DNA of 64,000 nucleotides from Owenia fusiformis (taxonomy: Eukaryota), in the NCBI GenBank assembly GCA_903813345.2, contig CAIIXF020000001.1, positions 33,418,001 to 33,482,000 of the forward strand. Direction: 5' to 3'. The notes beneath the pieces are model-generated. The model worked only from the letters and a program-made list of their open reading frames with translations, made no database searches and was not told the origin of the DNA. Both the position numbers and the translations under genes were made by a program. Of the stretch, positions 11,802 to 24,239 are shown piece by piece. Each line of letters opens with the position of its first letter. Positions within the stretch are counted from its first letter, which is position 1.

Positions 11802-13987
11802 CACGCCTAACCATCGACAAGGTACAGTCACGTGACCGTGACAAAATATGCCGTAGTACACTTTTGATGTACTATGTCACTTTTAACTGATTTTAAGCAA
11901 AGACTATGCATGTAGGTTTGATGCAGGTTTTCAAAAATAAATTTGAGGAATACAAAAAGGATTTCCTGTTTGATTTCGCGTGTATTCGATTTCAAAGACA
12001 TTTATTTTTCTAATTACGTTAAAATATCTTCGAGTAGTGCTCGATTTTTTTCGTTGTAAGTCTACCCATACAATTGTTCGGTTGGAAAAATGTTGTTTTT
12101 TACACATTTCCTGTGATAATTTTCTCCCCTGACATCTCGGAGTGTCAAATATTTTAATGAGAATGTGTTTCTCTAAACTGCACAATTTAAGACGGGTTAA
12201 GATTTAATAAATATTCATGCATTTGGTATAATTTAAAAAATCAGAAATGTACGTTGTCAACTCACAGTGTATGTTGTCCCTGTAATTGAAATTCATGAGT
12301 TATAATATTAAACATTGCAATGATTTAATTTCAAAATGCATTAAGGGTTTTATGCGTAACAAGTGATGTTCAACAAACATGCTCCTGTATCCCTAGTACA
12401 GATACACAAGTAAACGTGATTTTTTCGTTGAATGCTATTTTATTTAATGAAATGTTAATATGGTGATTAATATGTGACCATGGCGTGATATCTTCCGACC
12501 TTTTTGGCCACTCGGCGTCGGTACGTTACGTTATGTTTAGTTGCACTTTTATGAATTTTGATAATCTCAAGGAGTTCATGGAGAGATCTATACTAGCTAA
12601 TCCAAGATGACTTTCAAAATTTATGCTATAGGGTGTCCCGAAAGTATGGACCCCCTAGGCAGACATATACCAATGTCTCCATAGTATGTGTCATATATCA
12701 TTTTAAAGCTCATCCAAAGTTATATTAATTTGCCGAGTATCATGGTTCAACTCACAAATGGAAAAAAGTTACAGGAATACAAAAGTTAGTGTTTGGCCAA
12801 AATTAAAGTCAGTTTTACACCAAAACAATAGTCGGTGTGTCTCCTTAGCCGCCATGTTAACAGCAGCAATACTTTCCATATATGACCTTAAACAGGCTTC
12901 AAATAGGGATATGGCGTTTTGTAATCCTCATGAAACCTTTTTAAGACATAAGAAGAGTTTCCTTGGAGTATCTACCCTAAACGTAAACGTCATCTTTTAA
13001 GACCTCAATAGCCATCCTATCTTCGAGAATGGTATCCATATTTTCTGTCACATTCAGGTCAGGGCTGTTTCCAGGATACTGAAATGAACTATCTTTTTGG
13101 CAAAACGCTAATTTTTGAAATGCCTGTTACTTTTTACCATTTGAACCATCATATTTGGCAAATCAATGTAACTTTGGAAAAGCTTAAAAATGATATATGA
13201 CACATACTATGGAGACATTGGTATATGTCTGCCTAGGGAGGGGGCATACTTTGGGACACTGTATATCTGGAAAGTGCAGAAATTCAAAAGCCAGGTATGG
13301 AACACAAAAAAAGAATTAGTAACATTGACATTTAATCATATCAATGACAATTTTATGGATTAACGGAAAAAATATTAGGGTAAATATATCTGATATGCCT
13401 ATTAAATATTATTACTTTATTATCAAATATGTTCCTTCTATTACACGTACATTATTATAGCATTTCATTCACTGTAAAATTAACTGTGAATTGAGATCTG
13501 TAAGGCCAATGTGACAACATACATTCGAGTTGACAACATACATTATCTATTTTTCGTAGTAGCATCCAAAGTAAAAAGCGGTTTTGCATTAACTCTGAAT
13601 GCATATTTGTATACTTATCTTAAGTTGTGTTAGTCGTAGTTTGGCTGTTATTTGCATAGCAAAACAAAAATTAGAGAGAATTTTGAGAAATTCAGTCAAG
13701 ATTTAGAGATCCCTGATGTGCTGGGTAGATCTATAACAAGATATTGAAGTTGCTGAGGATCATTTAAAGTAGATATGCATATTTGCAACTTAATTACAAA
13801 TCGAATGCAACAACTACCTGATGATGAACTGACACAATATTGATCAAATCAATGCTAATTCTTTCCTCGCTTCCTCATTCTAGAAAATGGCGATCTAAAA
13901 TGGTGGAAATGACATAGTACATCAAAAGTGTACTACGGTATATTTTGTCAATGTCACGTGACTGTACCTTGTCGATGGTTAGGCGTG
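11802..13987. mobile_element. Transib-like non-autonomous element
   Basis: CACGCCTAACCATCGACAAGGTACAGTCACGTGAC TIR of more than 75 bp; 5-bp TSD TAAGG. Confidence 0.75.
12629..13261. mobile_element. Tc1/mariner-type MITE
   Basis: ~120-bp inverted arms beginning (C/T)AG(GG)TGTCCC, flanked by TA. Confidence 0.8.
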
Positions 13988-14930
13988 TAAGGGAGCATAT
14001 CAAAAGATCAATGTCGGAATATTAACTGTATTTGCATAGTTAGGGAGGGAGAGGGTTAATAACCTCAAAAGCAACATGTAAAATTGACCTTCCAATGTAC
14101 GTATAACTTACATGTCAAATATAGTTTCTCCCAAAACCTCCAGGATATGTCAATTGTTTAAGTTACTCAATATTCAAATGGGAAAAATATTTCAAATATC
14201 AAAGTTGTAACAAAGGAAATGGAACAAACACACATATCTTACAGTTTCACTAGGTCAGTTATTTTATATTTTAAGAAAATGTTCCTTTGGTACATACACA
14301 CATATTTTACAATAACAAAACAAACTACAGACTAGTGCATGAAAAATCAATCACATCATCCAAGGTCATTCCTTCTGTATTTGCCAAGATAAAAATACTG
14401 AAATTGATACTTTGCCAACTTGACTGATTTTTTTCTAGTCTGAATAATTAATAAATGAGTAGTGGATTTGATTAATTGAGGATTTCCCATGTTAAAATAT
14501 GTGAAAATTGTCAAGAGGTCACACACATCAGAGGATGAGAGTTCAATACAACATGTGTAAATTATGAGACTATGTTGCAACACCTTCAAAGAATGGTCAT
14601 TTCACAATCCACATTGCACATACTGTAGCAGGCATTTTTATGATATATTTTAACATTGTCACAAAAACCAGGGATTGACAAAAAATATAGCATATCATAT
14701 AGCAGGTATATGCCAGGTATTGCAATATATTTCAACGTTGTCACTGTTAGAGTAGGCATTACAATTTATCCATAAAAATATAAAAAAAATATAATAATGT
14801 TGACAACAGGCTAAAAAGTCTTCACTTAGTAAGCCATAAATGTCACATAAAGGCGACGGTCACACCAGGCTTTCACGATAGCATTGCTAAGGTAATGGCA
14901 GGATCCATGCATAATTTCAAGTTATTAAAT

Positions 14931-15230
14931 CAGGCCCGCAGATAGGAGGGGGGGGGCCTAGTCAGAAATTCTCTCAAAAACTTGCAGTTTTTCACCATTC
15001 TGAGCACTTTCCACATGATTTTTTGCCATAAACAACAGATGCCAGCCAGATCATACTTATAGTAGAAGGCTAGGCTCAAATAAACCTCAAATTGAGGTAT
15101 TATCATTGAGATACTGATACTATACATACGATCGTGCTATCAAAACTGTCAAAAAGCCCCCCCCCCCTTTGGCAAAAACTCCACCCTTGGTAAAACCGCT
15201 CCCCAATGGTGAATCCTGGATACGGGCCTG
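14931..15230. mobile_element. hAT-like MITE, 5-bp TSD
   Basis: CAGGCCCG / CGGGCCTG ends, internal G and C runs, TAAAT on both sides. Confidence 0.6.
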
Positions 15231-16585
15231 TAAATGGTCATCGTGGTTGTACCAGACAGCAATGCAATGTTTTGATTTGCACACATTTTTTATTTTTAAA
15301 AATCTAATTGAGAGCATCCTAATCATGTGAAAAGTTCAATTTTTTAGGATAGTTATATTCCTTCTTGGGTACACTTTTTTGGGACACCCTGTATTTGCAG
15401 TTCAATGCCAATGTGGAAATCAATATACATGGAAATTCGATCTTGAATTTGTAAAATAATAACAAGAAAGGTAGCACCAAATTAGCTTGATGTATTCATG
15501 AATGGATTCTCAAAAGTATACAAAATATATATAATCTTATTCTGTAGCTTCGGGACAATGACGATTCCTATTCGGTAGAATGGAATATATCTTTCAACGA
15601 CTTCTATGACGCTTATGAAAGGAAATAGCTTGAATGCAAACATAGCACAAGTTGAGACATACTAATAAGGTATACTTTACAGTTATACAATGCTCAGAGT
15701 ATCCATCATTACTTACAGAAGGCAAAGAACGACTCGCTGATATCGTTTTCTGCGAGCTTTCGGAATTGGGTCATGCTGGTTTCATGCTTCGATTTGCATT
15801 AATAGCCTACACATATGGATAATCGTTTATGAACATGTTGAAAACATATTCCAGCACCGAATGCATTACTCTATATTCATTCTTACCTTATGCTATCTGA
15901 TTTGTTTGACACATTTTCGTCACCTGGCTCGTCCAGTGGCGAACAAGACGCCATATTTATCGGGATTCAGTAAAAACACAACTCGGGTCACTGACTTGCT
16001 GGAACGAAATTCGGAACACAGGATATTGATCACCCGGGGTGGAAATGCAGCCTTTATTATTCCTTGAGATCGTGTGAATTGATCACTCTATCACTTTGTA
16101 TCTCCAATTCTGATGTTAAATTAAATAAAAGACATAAGACAAATTACACGTATAGTTCAAATCTGTCGTGCAAACAATGAATACTTGTAATATCGTTTGA
16201 AAGAATAAAAAGTATATGTGATAAAAATCGAAACTACAGGGTGTTAAAAAACAGGACCGATGAAAAGTTGAATAACTTCGTCAATCCAGAATCATTCAGG
16301 TCATTCAATGTGAATTTTGTTGTGAAAGTTTGACCATATTCTGTTCATGGAGTCAAAAACTACAGCACTTTACAACACATGCCCCATGTGGCCAATTTGC
16401 GCCAAGCAATAGATTGGTTGTACACTGTAAGACTGCCCGATCAACAAAAAATCACTTCGATATATCAAAAACAACACTCAAATAGCTCAAATGAACATTA
16501 TGCAATGCCGGCTTTATTTTATGACGAGACAGATGTCCGATCTAGAAATAAAGGCATATGGGTACATAAATTCATCCATAATTAA

Positions 16586-17570
16586 AGTGTGCGCCTGACC
16601 CGGCTACGTATAGCACAGAGTTTATACTGGCGGATTAGACTAGTTCATTTTTTATGTGTGTGAAAGCTTTCTCTTATTTGCGTTTTTTCGTTTAGTACGG
16701 TTTTGTTATAATTGCCGAGGTCATATAACCGGGATGAAACAATGATTATCGTTGACTGCCCACACACAAAACATACGTTGAGTGAACAGTGTTATTACAA
16801 ACAACAGGCTTTAGAATACAAAGCCCAGTAGTGTGATAATAAGCTGTACACTACCACTGCTGCATGTACATATTAGTAGGGCTCCCAAAGAGTGGATAGG
16901 GAGGTTGTGTTTGTCACTTTTAAATTTTACATTTCAAAATTGTCATTTTACATGTCATAATTTGTTGGTTTCATTCGTTTAGCCAATCAAAACATTGTAA
17001 AACAATAAATTGTCTGTTACGTACAATCAATTTTGTTCAGTTTTGATTAGTTGTCAGAATAAAGTTACGTTCATCTGAATCCATGTATCAAAACAAAAAT
17101 CTTATTTTCACTTCAAAATACTTCAGTGAGATGAATGCTCGGAATTGTCACATGCAATAACTTATTGTCGTATTCGTTATTTTATCTTCTCGATAGTAGC
17201 ATTTAGTCGCACATTTGATGCCAGGTCACCTTGTCGCGTACCTCTTGGGGAGCCCCACATTTATGTGTGTACTCATGGAAGTAAATTCCCCGGTGTAGCC
17301 GAGAGCCACAAACTTTTCAACAGCTTCGAAATGGCCAATTTCTCTCATATATACTCTAAATATTTTATTGTTTAGCACCTACAAAGTATTGCTAATAACC
17401 ATATGTAATTTCAATAAGGAAACTTATCTGGCTACATGTAAATTCAATATCAACACTAGCCGTTCTCTCAACACGTCCTGGCTTACCTTGTGGTAACAAA
17501 CCCTGGATTTTCGCTATTTATAGTTTATCAACACCTGGACGCATGCGCATTTTATAGTTTATCGGGCACT
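16586..17570. mobile_element. Kolobok-like insertion in the right arm of the large MULE
   Basis: TTAA duplicated; AGTG / CACT ends; removing it restores collinearity with the left arm at ~10430-10480. Confidence 0.7.
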
Positions 17571-17750
17571 TTAAGCATACATTAAGATAGAATAATGTTT
17601 AAAAAATGTTAAAGATTTAACTCTTTAAAGACTGGGTCAGGACCCACGTACGTGGGTACGAGGGTACGTGGGTAGGAGGTTTTTTATACAAAGCCTGTCC
17701 CCACCACATAGTGTGGGGCCATATTGTCGTCCTAGGCGCGTCCGTCCGTC

Positions 17751-17936
17751 TGGGGAGGAACTGGAACCAAAAGGACAACCTTTAATAAAAAAGACTGTTT
17801 TGAACTAGTAGACTTCATAGTAGATAATGCATACTTTAAAGCTGGAAATAAAATAATGCGACAAAAAATTGGAATACCGATGGGAATAGATCTAGCACCA
17901 TATATGGCAAATTTATATCTTTATGCATATGAGTAT
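17751..17936 (+). pseudogene. Penelope-like element reverse transcriptase fragment
   Basis: Open frame ...FELVDFIVDNAYFKAGNKIMRQKIGIPMGIDLAPYMANLYLYAYE, a PLE RT motif-4 region; absent from the supplied ORF track. Confidence 0.8.
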
Positions 17937-19239
17937 CAGGCCTGTCAACTTGGGAACACCTAACATGAGTGACTTGAAAATGTTGAACACCTCCCCTCAA
18001 AATGTGGACACCTTGGTCCAAATCTGAACACCTTGATCCAAATTTTGAACACCTTGGTAAATTTGAACACCTCAAATTTTTTTTTTTTTGAACCATCCAT
18101 CAAAGGGGGGGGGGGGTAGGTACGAACAATTTCGAACGGAATGCGTGACATTTACGTAATTCGCGTGAAAAATACGAACGAAATGCGTACGTTTTTTTTC
18201 GGCGTTCGTATTTTTGCTGTGTATACGATCTTTTTTAGAAATTTTTTCGACAGAAATATTTTTGCTTGACAATTACCAGGTAAAATGCGTATTTGCGTGA
18301 CATTTTCTGTCACGCAAAAATAACTGGCGTGACTTCAAATTCTTCAGCAAATGCGTGACAAATACGCAAATTGCAGGATAGTTGACAGGCCTGAATGTAG
18401 TTTTTACCAGTTGACATTTAACAACTGAGAAATCAAACATAACGTTACGACGTCAACATCGACGATGTTTGTGTGTTTTTGTTATTGCGTTTCATATGAA
18501 TGAACTTAATGCAATGTTACGTGCGTTTTTTTCCAAAGTGACTAACCAGGATGAAATTGGTCTTCTAACAACTGAAACATCACTTAAAAATATGACATTA
18601 CACACCACGACGATGTAACGTTTTCATCGTGATTTGAAACGATTAATTATACGTTTTTAAATCACGACCTAGTAAAGGTACTATAGTCATTGGATTCCTA
18701 GTTTTAGTTTTACTTCCAATTTTGCATTTTTTCATCTTTATGTAAAAGACCGTCAGCCGACCACCGACCACATGTACCCAACTGTGGAGAGTGACTGGTC
18801 GGTGGTCGGTGTTTTTCATAAACCCCAAATCTTACACGTTTTCTAATGATCTAATTATGTTATATATTTGTATTTTTCGTTTTTTTTGGGTAGACGGTTT
18901 TTTCGACTGGGTACCGGGTACCAAGTTTGAACCCAGCATGGAGGATTTACTACCCGGTACCCGGTTACGAAAATTTCCAATTAACATGCGTGACATATAC
19001 AGGATTCGCGTGACCAATCCGAACAAATTGCGTTCGGTTTTTTTTCCGACGTTCGTATTTTTACCGTATCGTAAACATATTTTGAAAAATTTTCTACAGA
19101 AATATTTTTGCTTGACAATTACCAGGTAAAATACGTATTTGCGTGACATTTTCTGTCACGCTAAGAAAACTGGTGTGACTTCAAATTCTTCAGCAAATGC
19201 GAGACAAATACGCAAATTACGGGACAGTTGACAGGCCTG
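17937..19239. mobile_element. Mosaic of hAT-like MITE, MULE right end, MULE arm fragment and half MITE
   Basis: CAGGCCTG element 17937-18393; copy of 7320-7761 at 18394-18826; copy of the 57690-57820 arm at 18826-18965; second TTGACAGGCCTG end at 19239. Confidence 0.75.
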
Positions 19240-19262
19240 CTCACAGCAATCACACACCACTA

Positions 19263-19497
19263 CAGTGCTCACCATGAATAAAAAATGACACCTGGATTTG
19301 CTGAAATGAGGATTTACCAAAAGAAGAGCATTTTCAAGAGGCTATACATCAGTGGATGAGAGTATACAAAATGTAAAATATACAAAACTTAAGGGATGTG
19401 TATCTAGATATAACTGGAAAGTATGAAGTCTCAAATCACCATGGTCTGGAAATGGTGATAGAAAATCCAGGTGTATATTTATTTATGGTGAGCACTT
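19263..19497. mobile_element. Tc1/mariner-type MITE
   Basis: CAGTGCTCACCAT / ATGGTGAGCACT arms with TA flanks. Confidence 0.7.
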
Positions 19498-19994
19498 TAC
19501 ACTTTCGTTGTGGTTCTCACAAATGACATCTCCTATCACACCACACCCCACGCAAATACTGTCTGATCCCAAAAATGATGGCTGTGGGGCGCAGTGCTGT
19601 CCTTTGTAGCTAGTCCTTTGACACATTATTCAAAGCCCTGCCAACTTGGGGCGTGGATGTTAATCTGGCATGCTTTTCATAGGAACTAAAGTCTGGCGAA
19701 AGCGGAGGAGAAACTGAATTTCGTTTCCTTGTTTCACTCCATTGCATATTGGTATATAACTTGGAATCCCAAACACCCAGATGTACTATGTATAAATTGT
19801 TTGCGGTTACGGATCTCTGTGGATGGTTCAAGAAATATGTTCGGAAACAAGGAAATGGTGGTGCGCGACATAGGATTTCACGTTCGCTATATGAGATTCA
19901 TGGTTTGAGTGCAAGGAATTAGTTTGCGGTATCAGAACTGATGTTCACGTTGTTGGAAGTCTAGGAGGCCTGAATTTTCATTTCCTGATCTGAT

Positions 19995-21655
19995 ACACTT
20001 GTTTATACTGTATGCTTTCTTAAAAGAGTTTACAGAATCAGACTCTTTGACAGTCTTATCAAGCTTGTTCCAAAGATGTGAACCACTGTATGATATGCTT
20101 TTCTTAAATATTTCAAGTTTGGGTTTTGGAACATAAAGCGAATTTTCCACAACTGCTCTAGTAGCATAATTATGTACAGACTTTGTCTCTTTGAAACAGT
20201 TTTGAACATATGGAGGAGAGATGCCTGAAATGGCCTGGTACATTGATTTCCGTCCGTCCGTCCGTCCGGGCAATAACTTAAATACCGTTCACCCGATTTT
20301 GTTCATATTTCGTACACATATACCCTATGGGGGTAGAAGTTCTGCTCAAAAGCCGATTTTCAAAATGGCCGCTCATTACAAAATGGCGGCCATTTTAGTG
20401 CCGAATTTACAGTAATTTAGGTGCAATATGTAAAACTGTAATAGCAATATGTTTTAGATGTAAAAAAATTATATAGGACATTAATAAAGCTAGAAATGTA
20501 GATATTAAAGAAGCACATGGCAGCCATCTTGAAAAATGGCGGCCTTTACTCGTTATTTTACGATTTTTGCTGTAACTCGAAAAGTAGTGGAGCGATTTTG
20601 TTCATATTTGGTATGTGAATACTATAAACATTGCACAATGTCTAAAGACACTTTTGGTAGAAGGTGGCCATTTTAAAAAATGGCCGCCATTTTGAAAAAT
20701 GGCCGCCAATTTTAACGTATTTTATAATAATTCAAAAAGTAGTGAAGTGATTTTGTTCATATTTGGTATGTGAATACTGTAAGCATGGCACACTGTCTAA
20801 TGACACTTTTGGTAGAAGGCGGCCATTTTTCAAAATGGCCACCATTTTAACGTATTTTACTATAACTCGAAAAGTAGTGGAGCGATTTTGTTCATATTTG
20901 GTATGTGAATACTATAAGCATGGCACACTGTCTAATGACACTTTTGGTAGAAGGCGGCCATTTTGAAAAATGTACTTTGTTTGTAAAAATGCCATCCATG
21001 GCTGTTCGATGGGATTCGCTACGCTTTGGCGTTGCTGTTGTTCTGGTTAGAACATTCTCCCCAGACAATTGAGCAGTAATTAAATTCTGGTAATATGATT
21101 GTATTATAAATTGTGATGAGTGCTGCCTGTGAAACAAATGGTTTAAGCCTTCTTAAAATACCTATCTTACAAGAAATCTGTGAACAAAGCTTTTCAATAT
21201 GTACTTTGAATGCTAATTTGTCATCCACAATAACACCTAAATATTTATAAGTTTCAACATTTTCAATTACATTATTTGATATTGTTATGGTATCTTCATC
21301 ATTTCCATACTTTGAGGTATTTCCTATTTTCATTAATTTTGTTTTGCTATAGTTTAAATTCATCTTATTACATTTCATCCATTCATCAATACAGTTAATA
21401 TCATTTTGAAGTAGTGTATGTAGAGATGGTACATCATGAAGTTGACCTAGTTAAAGTAGTATCATCTGCAAACAGTCTGATGCAACCATCTTGACTGCAT
21501 ACCTTGGCTAAGTCATTAGTAAAGATTATGAAGAGCAAAGGTCCAATTGCTTCTTGCGAAGGTGTATCATCTAAAATAACAGTTTGTTACCTATTTTTAT
21601 TTAAGTAATGTTGAAACCAAAGTAAACTTTTACTGCCTACACCATACAATTTTGT
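19995..21655 (-). pseudogene. Decayed CR1/L2-group (Crack-like) LINE RT and C-terminus, interrupted by HINE-A
   Basis: RLFADDTTL, KYLGVIVDDKL, YNTIILPEFNYCSIVWG, HNYATR..FKKSISYSGSHLWN; frameshifts present. Confidence 0.85.
20249..21048 (+). mobile_element. HINE family A, head deleted
   Basis: Residual CCGT repeat, tandem units, 3' GTTCGATGGGAT, hairpin and CTGGTT. Confidence 0.85.
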
Positions 21656-22221
21656 ATTCAAGAAATATATATCAGTTTGACCTTTTTTCGTATGTTATTG
21701 ATTTTACAATGAATGCGATATAATATTTGTTATTTTATTTAAAAAGCTTTAAAATATCAAAAACAATAGAACATTTTTACTCTCTTTAATTTTTTGTACT
21801 TAGGTAGGGTCTTCGGCTTCCATTTGACCATGATGAAATTCATGTTTCCTCTTAAATAACATGGAATAAATATTTTAACACAGAAATGAATGGATCAGCC
21901 TGTGAATATTTTTGAAACAAATGCGTGATATATACACATATTGTGTACCAAATGCGTGACATAAACGGCAATCGCGTGCAAAGACCGAACGGAAAGCGTT
22001 CGCTTTTTTTTGCCATTCGGTATTTTATCGTGTCGGTATTTCACAAAAAAACGATTTTTAAAACTTTCAACAAAATGCTGTGATTAGCGTGATATTTGAT
22101 CATACACGCTAAATTGATGCGTGATTTCTATTTTTCCAGCAAATGCATGACAATCACGCCTAATGCGTGAGGGTTGACAGGGCAGAAAAAGTGACCCACT
22201 TTAGCGGCACGTCCCCATACA

Positions 22222-22702
22222 CACGCCTGTCAACTTGGGAACACCTAACATGAGTGACTTGCAAATGTTGAACACCTTTGTTCAAATTTTGGACATCTTG
22301 GTCCAAATCTGAACACCTTGGCCACATTTTGAACACCTTGGTTTAAATTTTATTGCATACAATCAAAGTTTGGACACCTCAAATTTTTTGCTCTCGTTAC
22401 GCTTGCGAACTGTCATCAGGGGGGAGGTAGGTACGAAATATTTCAAGCAAAATACATGACATATACGGTATCCACGTGAAAATTCCGAACGAAATGCGTT
22501 CCTTTTTTTCGTCATTCGGTTTTGTGGTGTATTGCCGATCATTTTTGAAAATTTTTCAACAAGAATATTTTTGCTGGACAATATTCAGGTAAAATGCGTA
22601 TTAGCGTGACATACTCTGTCACGCAAAAAAAACTGGCGTGACTTCAAATTTTCCAGCAAATGTGTGACAAATACGCAAATTGCAGGACAGTTGGACGGCC
22701 TG
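22222..22702. mobile_element. hAT-like MITE (CAGGCCTGTCAA family), 6-bp TSD
   Basis: Degenerate TIRs with TSD CATACA; a related CTGCCCTGTCAAC-family end lies just upstream (~21905-22185). Confidence 0.75.
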
Positions 22703-23237
22703 CATACAGTATAGCCAATATGTGGTAAATCCTGGCCGCGGGCCTGCTAGTCACGTCTGAGACATGGACTTGAGTGAATGTTTCTAACATATTTCCTAAT
22801 AGGCCTACTTATATACGTGTTTACAATTATATGACTTATATGGAAATCCTTGTATGGAAATATTATATAGTTTTGAAAGAAAATATGACTCGTGCGTGGT
22901 CTGAGATCGGCAAAAATAGCTTCTATAATATTTTCTTTTTGAACACCCTGTTGGTAGAAGGTGAAGGTCGAAGGTGCAGGTCGAAGGTCGAAGGGTTTTT
23001 ATAACATTCCTTTATTTTACCCTCTGATTCCAAGGTATGAAAACTTTATACCTTGGCATCCAAGATGATTGTCAAATTGTAATGCAAGAATTGAATAAAT
23101 CATAAATGAAAATGCATGTCACTGTATCGATGCCAGTAGTCAGTTCCCAGTTTCACCACAAGGTGGCTAACTTGGGTCATATATAAATGACAGGTATAAG
23201 GGAAAGCTCCTCTAAAGTTCAATATTCAGTAGATTTA

Positions 23238-23647
23238 GGGGAGGCATCAAAAGTTCGATATCGGATAGAAAACTAAATAAATCTAGTTAGGGGGGAGGGG
23301 GTTCAAACCCATTTCAGTTTGCTATCTGACAAATTTCAACATTTCAAATTTTTGGCAATTTCGACTCAGAATGCCTTAGAATGGTTTAAAAATAACGATT
23401 TTACCTGATGTTTTCTTCGTCAAGATCATTCCAATAGATTCTATTCTATCAATAGTTGTTAAAAGCCGCAAATTACGATAGAAATTATCAAAAACTAAAT
23501 CCTGTTTACCAATAATTTTTCAAATTCTCAAACCGGAAGTCAGCGATGAACTTTCATGGTATTTATTTAGTTTTGGGGGGGAGGGGGGTCAGAGTCAAAA
23601 CTAGATTTATTTAGTTTCCAATCCGACATCAAACTTTTGATGCTGCA
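23238..23647. mobile_element. PIF/Harbinger-like MITE
   Basis: TTA-GGGGAGGCATCAAAAGTTCGA left arm with an inverted, terminally eroded match at ~23600-23647; partial copy at ~55116-55250. Confidence 0.55.
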
Positions 23648-24239
23648 AAATAAACGCCTAGTGGGCGTTTTTAGAGGAACTCTACAGAGTGTGAAATAAA
23701 TACCATGCTATTATATCTAATGACAGAGTTATGTGGATGGGACAGAGGAAAAGTTCCAGTTTAGGCTTTGCTCATAGGGGTATCATCTCGGATTCACTGG
23801 TGGACACTATTGGAGAATGAGAGTCTATTGTAATTTCGAAATCATCTGTTGTCATTTCATTACTAATTTGATATTCTCGTTCTATTGCAATTTCATTGGT
23901 AATTATCCCATCGAACGAAGTTTGGAGGGATATAGGGAACGCCTCCGTCCATCCGTCTGTCCGTCCGTCCGTCCGTCCGGGCAATAACTCAAATACCGTT
24001 GGCCCGATTTTGTTCATATTTTGTACACATATACCCAATGGGGGTAGGAGTTCTGCTCGAAAACCAATTTTCAAAATGGTCGCTCATTTACAAATGGTGG
24101 CCATTTTAGTGGCGATTTTACAGTAATTTAGGTACTGCATATAAAACTGTAATAGCAATATGTTTTCAATGTAAAAAAATTATATAGGACATTGATTAAG
24201 CTAGAAATGTAAATACAGAAGAAATTCATGGCAGCCATC

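Larger units (their letters stand above)
10334..17695. mobile_element. MULE-like element with ~1.2-kb inverted arms, no transposase found
   Basis: Near-perfect terminal GGCTTTGTATAAAAAACCTCCTACCCACG; 10-bp TSD TGTCCCCACC (10324-10333, 17696-17705); patchy inverted similarity continues to ~11535 and ~15545; inserted in the head of a HINE family C element. Confidence 0.85.

Noticed and set aside
19500..19990. LINE ORF1 start or zinc-knuckle gene (KRNSVSPPLSP; CVGC..CENH)
   Set aside because: The motifs lie in different frames and are too short to assign without a search.
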